Notes under the pieces: model-generated
What the model was told of the DNA's origin: nothing
Seen by the model: only the letters and a program-made list of their open reading frames with translations
Databases searched by the model: none
Part shown: positions 17,342 through 23,437 of the stretch, one piece after another
How the letters are laid out: each line of letters begins with the position of its first letter
Position numbering within the stretch: the stretch's first letter is position 1
Translations under genes and position numbers: made by a program
Virus record (IMG/VR): IMGVR_UViG_3300035148_000147
Location: 1 to 26,142 of that record
Source of the DNA: a virus
Taxonomy: Duplodnaviria > Caudoviricetes
Reading direction: 5' to 3' (one strand)
Length of the DNA: 26,142 bases

Positions 17342-19289
17342 GGCCGTCCATCTGGTGCTTGCTCAGGGGAGTCGCTTCCTGCGCCGTGCCCCCGTGCTCG
17401 GTTTGCGCTGGCGCACCCGGAGCCTGCGTCGGCAGGTTGGGCGCACCGCCCGTGGCCATCATCATCGCCGCGTGCAGCTTGGCCTGATCCACGGCCTGCT
17501 GGGGCACCTGGAAGCCGCCGGCCGCGAGCACTTGCAGCACAATCGGGAAGCTCGGGTTCAGCGGGTTCAGGTCGTCGCCAGAGAAGCGGAACGAGACGTT
17601 CGGCGGCTCAGGCTGCTTCGGCGGCGGCTGGGTCAGGAACTGCGCCGGATCCATGTCGTGGGTCTCGGCGACCTTCTCGACGAGCTTCTGCCGGTTGGCG
17701 AACGGCTCGTTGGCCATGAGCTGGTAGGCGTTGCGAGCGTCCATGCGCTCCTGCGCCACGTCCAGTCGGAGCTGGCTGTTGGTCTTGGCCTCGTACACGA
17801 ACTCGCCAGCGATCTTGGTCTTGTCCCACGCCTGCAACGTGCGCGTCTGGTCCGGCCCGACCACCTCGACGTAATCCTCGTCGTCGGCGAAGAGCTGCAC
17901 CAGATCCCCGATCAGCTCGGCCCCGTCGAGGAACCAGCGGAGCACCTTGTTGCGCTCGTAGTCGAGACGCACGTTGGTGTTCCCCTGAATGATCTTGGCC
18001 TCGCTCGCGGAGACCTCGCCGGGGGAGTCGGTCCCCATCTGGTTCGAGCCGAGCGCCCACGCCTCTTGCAGGTCGCTCTCGATCACGCGCTGGAACTCGA
18101 AGGTCTCACGCGGATAGTTGGCTCTGGCAACTTCCCCGATGGCCTGATCGCCGGGGGCCTGCACCGGGATCATGTCCTGCACGTCGCCCGTCTGGATCTT
18201 CTCGGCCGTGTCCACGTCGAGCAGGGCCGTGTTGTACCAGCGCATCGGCAGGGCACGCTTGCGCTGCTTCACCATCTGCGTGCGCGAGGCCTGAAGCTCG
18301 CTCACCAGCGGCCGGCTCACCTTGGTGTCGCTCGGCGGGATCGCCTCGTCGGGCACCGTCATGAGCGTGAGCACGCGGATCGGGAACTTCTTGAACCCGA
18401 CCACCAGCTTGCCGTTCTCGTCGAACCGCTGGTAGGGCGAGTCCTCATGCACCACGGGCTCGTCCTTGCCCTCGATGTAAACCAGCCGACGCTGCTTCAG
18501 CGGGTGACGCTCGTTCTTGTCGAACAGCGAGGCCTTGTACCAGATCTCGGTACACTCGACCTCTTTCTGCGTCCGCTCGTTCTGCGCGACCGTGGCGTCG
18601 GTGACGACGTACTCGTCCTTCGTGCTGGGATCCGCCTCGTCGCCGAGCTTGTACTCGCGGCGAGCCACTTCGAGCGGCAGGCGGTAGCAGAACCCGATCC
18701 AGGACGCCTCGTCGAAGTCCGTTCCCACGAACTCGGGCGGGAGCAGGAGCTTGGCCGGCGAGATGCGCTTCCAGAAGTAGCTCTCGAAGATCGGCACCGG
18801 CACCTTGTCGGTCGGCACGTCCATGCCCTGCTCGGCCATGAGCTGGGCTTCCTGCGGACTGACCAGCGGCGTGTCCACGTCGACGGTCACGGCCTCGTAG
18901 CCGATCTTGCTGACGCCGATGCCCGAGACCGCGATGGTGTCGGTGAGCACCTCGTCCACCACGCGCTCGACGCGCATCTCGGTGGTGAGCTTGTGGTTCA
19001 GCACCGACTGGAACGTGGAGACCGCGCCGAGGTAGTCCGGCCGCTTCGGCCGCAGATGGATCTTCGGCACCTGATAGAAGAGCTGGGCGACCTTCTGCTT
19101 CACCCGTGGCGCGTCTTTGTTGACCAGCACCACGTCGTCGGTCGGCTCGGCGGCCAGCGTCTCCCCGACGTAGGCGGCCTGCTGCTTCTTCCAGTCGTCG
19201 CGGAACCGCTCGATGTACTTCTTCCCTGAGTCGATGCGGGTACGCCACGAGGCGGCCTGCTTGTCGGTCAGGGGGATCTGAAGTTTCAT
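17331..19289 (-). CDS. Portal protein (652 aa)
   Basis: Directly after terL (ATGA overlap). G.GV.KIGY, RISP, SASEA.I motifs and a P/Q-rich tail typical of P22-like portals. Confidence 0.85.
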   Translation of the reverse strand: MKLQIPLTDKQAASWRTRIDSGKKYIERFRDDWKKQQAAYVGETLAAEPTDDVVLVNKDAPRVKQKVAQLFYQVPKIHLRPKRPDYLGAVSTFQSVLNHKLTTEMRVERVVDEVLTDTIAVSGIGVSKIGYEAVTVDVDTPLVSPQEAQLMAEQGMDVPTDKVPVPIFESYFWKRISPAKLLLPPEFVGTDFDEASWIGFCYRLPLEVARREYKLGDEADPSTKDEYVVTDATVAQNERTQKEVECTEIWYKASLFDKNERHPLKQRRLVYIEGKDEPVVHEDSPYQRFDENGKLVVGFKKFPIRVLTLMTVPDEAIPPSDTKVSRPLVSELQASRTQMVKQRKRALPMRWYNTALLDVDTAEKIQTGDVQDMIPVQAPGDQAIGEVARANYPRETFEFQRVIESDLQEAWALGSNQMGTDSPGEVSASEAKIIQGNTNVRLDYERNKVLRWFLDGAELIGDLVQLFADDEDYVEVVGPDQTRTLQAWDKTKIAGEFVYEAKTNSQLRLDVAQERMDARNAYQLMANEPFANRQKLVEKVAETHDMDPAQFLTQPPPKQPEPPNVSFRFSGDDLNPLNPSFPIVLQVLAAGGFQVPQQAVDQAKLHAAMMMATGGAPNLPTQAPGAPAQTEHGGTAQEATPLSKHQMDGRGR

Positions 19290-20770
19290 CGGTGTCTCAC
19301 ACTCTCTGCGCCCAGCCGGCTCTTCCGCCGCGAGCGGTCCAGATGCTTCTTGATCTCCCAGCCGACCGTGCCGGGGATCACGATCTTGCGGGGCTTGTAG
19401 ATCGAGGGAGCTGGCCGACTCATGACGCCGTACCGGGTCTCGTCAGCCGCGTGATCCTCGACCGCCCGGCTCTTGATGTCGCCCGGCCGCTTCGGATCGC
19501 TCACCATCATCGGGAGCGTCCTGATCGTGTACGGGCACCCGGAGCGCAGGAACTGGATCAGGGGCTTCTGGTCGTGCCCCACGCGCTCGGTCAGGAAGTG
19601 GTGTAAACGCTGCCAGCCGTTGATCCGGTCGTTGTCAGCCTGGATGCACCCAACGCCGGCTCGGGCAAAGGTCTCGGCGATGCTCTCGCCCATGGCCCCG
19701 CCCTTCATCCAAATGCTTGGATCCGCGATGGTGTAGCGGATCTTCAGGCCGCGACTGCGTTCCTTGATCTCCTTCGCCACGTTCTTCGCGATGGTGGTCT
19801 TGAAGACGTACTCGGCGAACTTGATGATCCGGCCCTCGGGCAGGCAGACGTACCAGCCGCAGACGCCGTTCTCGGTGTAGCCCCAGTCGATGGCCCGGAA
19901 CACCTCGATCCACGGCAGGCTCAGGATCGACTTCCCGTTGATCGTGGGCAGCTCGTCGATCACGTGCTCGGCGGCGTTCCACTCGGCGAACTCCTGCCCC
20001 TCGAAGACATCCCACTCGCCGTACAGGTACGCCCGGCGCAGGGCCTCAGAGGGCAGGGAGAGGAGCCGGTCCCGGTAGTCTTCCCCGAGGTACGGGTTGT
20101 CGCTCAGGAGCGACGGGATGAACTCGTACTTCTCTGGCCGGTAGGCCGGGTCTTCCTCTGGCGTGATGTCCTTGTCGATGAACCGCCGCTTGAGCCAGAG
20201 CGCCCCGGTCCCGCCGGGGTTCGAGCCGCACCGGACGATGGCCTTGACGCCGGCCTTCGTGCCACGCGCACGCGAGCAGATCCAGAGGAAGTGGCGCTCC
20301 TCGAAGGTCGAGGCCTCGTCGAAGTAGATGCCATCGTACTCGGTACTGAGGTACTTGGTGACGGTGGTATCGTCTTCGCAGTGACCGAATTGCAGCACGC
20401 TCCCGTTGGGGAAGCGGAGCTTGAAATCGGTCTTCCCGAAGGTGGCTCCCAAGGATGCCACTTCGAGGTACACCCGTTCGATGTGGGTGTCAGCAAGCTC
20501 AGGGTACGTTCGACGCAGCAGGAGTGCCCGGTAGCCCGGCTGGGACAGGCACCGCATATAGGCGTCCCAGCGGAGACAATGGCTTTTGCCCCCACCGGCA
20601 GCACCACCGAAGAGGACGTTCGGCGCGGTGCTGAGATGAAAAGCGTCCTGACGAGGAGTGGGGTTGTAGAGGACGGATACGGTTCCGTCAGGCTGAGTAA
20701 CCTTGACCGAAGCCAGGCCCTGATACGCGAGAAGCTCGTCCCGAGTCTGCTGCTCATGCGTCGGTGTCAT
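19286..20770 (-). CDS. terL: Terminase large subunit (about 494 aa)
   Basis: P.PRQ, Walker A FGGAAGGGKS, LLRRTYPEL, Walker B GIYFDEA, SNPGG, nuclease AIDWG, ADPS, DHAADETRY. Start taken at ATG 20770; an in-frame GTG at 20860 is the alternative. Confidence 0.95.
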   Translation of the reverse strand: MTPTHEQQTRDELLAYQGLASVKVTQPDGTVSVLYNPTPRQDAFHLSTAPNVLFGGAAGGGKSHCLRWDAYMRCLSQPGYRALLLRRTYPELADTHIERVYLEVASLGATFGKTDFKLRFPNGSVLQFGHCEDDTTVTKYLSTEYDGIYFDEASTFEERHFLWICSRARGTKAGVKAIVRCGSNPGGTGALWLKRRFIDKDITPEEDPAYRPEKYEFIPSLLSDNPYLGEDYRDRLLSLPSEALRRAYLYGEWDVFEGQEFAEWNAAEHVIDELPTINGKSILSLPWIEVFRAIDWGYTENGVCGWYVCLPEGRIIKFAEYVFKTTIAKNVAKEIKERSRGLKIRYTIADPSIWMKGGAMGESIAETFARAGVGCIQADNDRINGWQRLHHFLTERVGHDQKPLIQFLRSGCPYTIRTLPMMVSDPKRPGDIKSRAVEDHAADETRYGVMSRPAPSIYKPRKIVIPGTVGWEIKKHLDRSRRKSRLGAESVRHR

Positions 20771-21278
20771 GTACAGGGGAGGGTGCGGAGAGGGGGTTAC
20801 CCGTGTGGCCAGATACTTGGTCCGCGCCAGCGGCCGGGTCGAGGAGGGGCGCACCCCCACCCTGTACTTCTAACGATACCATGGACTTGCGGAGTTTGTC
20901 AAGGGTTTTCTTCCCCTTGCCCCGCGTGCGGAGCTTCCCGGCCGCCGAGTCGATGGTCGCCTTCTTCTTGTTGTGGTTGAAGCACAGGATCTGGAGCCGC
21001 TCGGGATCCTCGACGCCGTGCAGGATGTCGAGGTACGTGCCCATGCCCCCACGATGCCCCCGGCTTTGCCGGGTCTTCGCCCCGTCGGCGAACCGGTGGT
21101 CGATGGTCAGCACGTCCAGGTCGGCGCAGTCACACCACGCGCACTTCACGGGGAGGCCCCCGGTGACCATCAGGCAGGCCTCGGTCTTCACCTTCCGAGC
21201 GTAGGCGTGCTGGTACTCCTGCAACTTGGTTCGCGGCCGGGGAGGGTTCTCGGCCGCGTAGGCCTCTTCGGGGGTCAC
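20754..21278 (-). CDS. HNH-type endonuclease (174 aa)
   Basis: GTG at 21278 coupled (GTGA) to the upstream stop. CAWC...LDVLTIDHRFADG...LQILCFNHN. The longer 21821 start in the ORF track overlaps other genes. Confidence 0.75.
   Translation of the reverse strand: MTPEEAYAAENPPRPRTKLQEYQHAYARKVKTEACLMVTGGLPVKCAWCDCADLDVLTIDHRFADGAKTRQSRGHRGGMGTYLDILHGVEDPERLQILCFNHNKKKATIDSAAGKLRTRGKGKKTLDKLRKSMVSLEVQGGGAPLLDPAAGADQVSGHTGNPLSAPSPVHDTDA
20771..20867 (-). promoter_or_regulatory. 97-nt structured leader / inverted repeat directly before the terL ATG
   Basis: GTACAGGG-T-GGGGGTGCG ... CGCACCCTC-CCCTGTAC-ATG gives a 17-bp stem with one bulge. Inner ACCCG/CGGGT stem. No SD. Confidence 0.6.
20873..20902 (-). 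promoter_or_regulatory. Sigma70 promoter TTGACA-N18-TATCGT with extended -10 TG
   Basis: TTGACA aactccgcaagtccatgg TATCGT, inside the 3' part of the HNH gene and upstream of terL. Confidence 0.6.
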
Positions 21279-21742
21279 AGCTCGTCCACCATGGCCTCGT
21301 CGGCCCAGTCGGGGATCTGGTAGGTCAGTCCGATGTACTGCGTGTGGACCGAGGTCTGCGCCCAGAGTTTCCCCTCGGAATTGTAGACCTCGACGCTGAA
21401 CACGCAGTGCCCACCGGGGATGTTCTTCATCGTCAGGACGTGGGTCTTGGGGGCCAGCTCCCCGTCGAGCTGGATGTAGCTCGACCGGAACTCGTTGTCC
21501 CCGGCGTAGACCACCACGGCCGCCGCGTTGGCCGGGTCCGGCTCGATCTGGATGGTGACCCGCACATCGAGGGGGGCCATGCCGGCCAGTGGTGACACCT
21601 TGATCGAGAGCTTTGGCCGGGCTTCCAGACTCGCGCCGGACTCCATGTGCAGGCCGGCCACCAGCAGGCCCAGCATGGCCGCCAGCGAGAAAAGGATGCC
21701 GAGGTAGACCCTGAGTGCCCGGCGGCCCTGATCGCCGCTCAT
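21275..21742 (-). CDS. Membrane-anchored or secreted beta-sandwich protein (155 aa)
   Basis: ATGA-coupled start at 21742. Hydrophobic segment VYLGILFSLAAMLGLLVAGL, then VSPLAGMAPLDVRV (PKD/Ig-like) and FRSSYIQLDGELAP. Confidence 0.7.
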   Translation of the reverse strand: MSGDQGRRALRVYLGILFSLAAMLGLLVAGLHMESGASLEARPKLSIKVSPLAGMAPLDVRVTIQIEPDPANAAAVVVYAGDNEFRSSYIQLDGELAPKTHVLTMKNIPGGHCVFSVEVYNSEGKLWAQTSVHTQYIGLTYQIPDWADEAMVDEL

Positions 21743-22137
21743 CGGGCATCCTCGTGCCAGATCCCGCGCCCGAAGAGCCGGACGGCCAGCCACATCGACC
21801 GGGCTCGCAGGAACCCGACACCCAGCTCCCGCATCGCCCGGTAGAACACGCCGTCGGCGTAGCTCTTGGGGACCGGCCGGCCCTCAGCCTTGCCCGTCCG
21901 GTACAGGTAGTCGTGGATCACGGCCGCTTTGCCGTAGGGCCCGGTCGGAGGCAGGATGTTCCAGAGCACCCGAGGGATCGAGGCGAAGTCGGTCACAAAG
22001 CCGGCCGGCACGTCGATGAACGTCCCGTCGGTCTCGCCGGGGGCCCCTTCCTCGTCGAAGTAGCAGAAGTCTTCGAGCAGCTTCCATTCGTGGCCGTCCA
22101 GGTACTCGACGCGGAGCGGGTCTGAGGTGTCGAACAT
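21739..22137 (-). CDS. DUF1353 family protein (132 aa)
   Basis: VPAGFVTDFASIPR...AAVIHDYLY...AD.VF..AM...AVRLFG signature. ATG 22137 with SD AAGGGGA; an in-frame ATG at 22191 could be a leaderless start. Confidence 0.85.
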   Translation of the reverse strand: MFDTSDPLRVEYLDGHEWKLLEDFCYFDEEGAPGETDGTFIDVPAGFVTDFASIPRVLWNILPPTGPYGKAAVIHDYLYRTGKAEGRPVPKSYADGVFYRAMRELGVGFLRARSMWLAVRLFGRGIWHEDAR

Positions 22138-22198
22138 GAGCAGTCCCCTTGGCCGTGGACGGCCAGATACGTATTGAAGGCGCACGTACATCGGCGGT

Positions 22199-22227
22199 AG
22201 TTTACCACCGGATATAAGATCTGTCAA
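22199..22227 (-). promoter_or_regulatory. Sigma70 promoter TTGACA-N17-TAAACT with extended -10 TG
   Basis: TTGACA gatcttatatccggtgg TAAACT, upstream of the DUF1353 gene. Confidence 0.7.
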
Positions 22228-22322
22228 CCTCTGGTCAGGATCCGGCACGTGATGGTCCCGTCGCTGTGTACCGTGACCACCAGTGACAGGAACTCGAAGT
22301 GCCAGTAGTAGGTGTGATGCAC
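22224..22322 (-). CDS. Possible 32-aa small protein MHHTYYWHFEFLSLVVTVHSDGTITCRILTRG
   Basis: GTG with SD GAGG, downstream of the 22417-22446 promoter. Its TGA lies within the next promoter's TTGACA. Confidence 0.45.
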   Translation of the reverse strand: MHHTYYWHFEFLSLVVTVHSDGTITCRILTRG

Positions 22323-22416
22323 AGGCACCTCGTCCTTGTAGCCTTGTACCGGCTACCTTGTTACAGGGATAGCCGGATAGTAAGCAGGGGGCTTCGCCCC
22401 CCGCACCCCCTTCCCG

Positions 22417-22446
22417 ATTCTATCATGAGAGCCGGGGGCCTGTCAA
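22417..22446 (-). promoter_or_regulatory. Sigma70 promoter TTGACA-N18-TAGAAT with extended -10 TG
   Basis: TTGACA ggcccccggctctcatga TAGAAT; outermost promoter of the leftward operon. Confidence 0.7.
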
Positions 22447-22511
22447 GCCCCGTGCTGTGGTGATACAAGCCGGGGGTGTGACGCCGGTCCAGGATCACCA
22501 CAGACGCGCTC

Positions 22512-22583
22512 AGGGGGGCCCCAACGAGGTCTATGGGGCAGGTTATGGGTCTGCGCCATAGATCGCGCCATAGGGGGGCCCCA
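22512..22583. repeat. Direct repeat AGGGGGGCCCCA x2 flanking an imperfect hairpin
   Basis: Copies at 22512-22523 and 22572-22583. GGTCTATGGGGCAG/CTGCGCCATAGATC inverted repeat at 22528-22564. Confidence 0.55.
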
Positions 22584-22778
22584 TTCGGAAAAGTACTCTG
22601 GTTGTCCTGAGACTCCTACACATCACGTGGCGGCCGGGGCCCCCGGCGCGAACCGGCCGCCAAACTGGCGCACCGGGCGGCCGGCCCCGGCCCCGAGCCG
22701 GCCGGCCCTCGGCCCCGCTGGCCATGCGCACACGTGCTACGCTCGCAAGTGTATGCAAACAAACGACATAGCACGCAT

Positions 22779-22806
22779 GAGTCCTATAACAGATATTATG
22801 TAAACT
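22779..22806 (+). other. XerC/XerD dif-like recombination site (28 bp)
   Basis: GAGTCCTATAA-CAGATA-TTATGTAAACT has 11-6-11 architecture. Right arm identical to the B. subtilis dif arm TTATGTAAACT; inner ATAA-N6-TTAT as in E. coli dif. An AT-rich island in GC-rich DNA. Confidence 0.8.
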
Positions 22807-22816
22807 CCCCGGCCCC

Positions 22817-22844
22817 GAAACGTGCTAAGCCGTGGCGCGTCTAC
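22817..22844 (+). promoter_or_regulatory. Candidate ECF-sigma promoter GAAAC-N16-CGTCTA
   Basis: GAAAC gtgctaagccgtggcg CGTCTAC. A related copy, GGAAC gtgctacccgacatct CTTCTAC, lies at 22997-23024. Confidence 0.35.
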
Positions 22845-23087
22845 AGGTTACGCTGTGTTTCCCGTGCTACAGCACCGAGCCCCGAGCCCCGGCCCCGCAC
22901 ACCGAGCCGGCCCCGGCCCCGGCCCTCGGCCCGGCCCCGAGCCGGCCCCGGCCCCGGCCCCGGCCGGCCCGGCTTAGCTATGCAATAGACGTACCGGGAA
23001 CGTGCTACCCGACATCTCTTCTACGGTTTCTTGGATTCGGACTGTGGTCACAGAGCCACAGTGTCCAGGAAAGTGGACACCACTGGC

Positions 23088-23104
23088 TGGCACGCTTCCT
23101 GCTA
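23088..23104 (+). promoter_or_regulatory. Sigma54 (-24/-12) promoter-like site TGGCACGCTTCCTGCTA
   Basis: Perfect TGGCACG -24 box, exact GG-N10-GC spacing, TGCT -12. Confidence 0.6.
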
Positions 23105-23369
23105 CACGTGCGCGGGTTCCTTTTCTGGCCGAGCCCGGCCCCGGCCGAGGGCCGAGCCCCGAGGGCTCGTCAGCTACCAAAACCGTAATAGTCTGGTCCC
23201 AAGTGAACAAAGTGTCCACTTTTGAGGCCAGGTTCTACCTGTGGGGTGACATTGTGGCGTCTACAGGTAGAACACCGGCCGAGGGCCGGCCGAGGGCCCC
23301 GAGGGCTCGGTGGCGATAACTCCAGCATTTACAACGGGATAACGGCTCGAGCCCGGCTCGGTGGCATGG

Positions 23370-23386
23370 TGGCACGCACCATGCTA
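23370..23386 (+). promoter_or_regulatory. Sigma54 (-24/-12) promoter TGGCACGCACCATGCTA
   Basis: Perfect -24 box and GG-N10-GC spacing. Predicted start near 23396, about 40 nt before ATG 23438. Confidence 0.65.
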
Positions 23387-23437
23387 CTGTATCTGGCATC
23401 GGCCGGGCCGGCCGAAACGGAAAGGTGGCACGGTAGC

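Larger units (their letters stand above)
22679..22973. repeat. Degenerate GGCCCC / GAGCCCC repeat tracts on both sides of the dif-like site
   Basis: Tracts at about 22679-22717 and 22876-22973 (e.g. ccggccccggccccggccccggcc). The top strand is strongly C-rich. Confidence 0.7.

Noticed and set aside
747-19248. Alternative-frame minus-strand ORFs rich in R/G/P/S (e.g. 2033..2731, 8393..9433, 10901..11797, 18445..19248)
   Set aside because: Same-strand frame shadows expected at this GC content, with no codon anomaly in the host genes (unlike the 5' part of terL).
104-20980. Long plus-strand ORFs (e.g. 1450..3117, 4840..6786, 7603..9684, 12040..13686, 17319..19229, 19964..20980)
   Set aside because: They are antisense shadows of G/C-ending minus-strand genes: rich in V/L/R/H/G, with no motifs and no SD.
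22679-23320. CRISPR array or MITE
   Set aside because: The repeats are short and irregular, with no constant repeat-spacer period, terminal inverted repeats or target duplication.
22745-23342. IHF-like sites at about 22757-22771 and 23328-23342
   Set aside because: Each has three or so mismatches to WATCAANNNNTTR; too weak to call.
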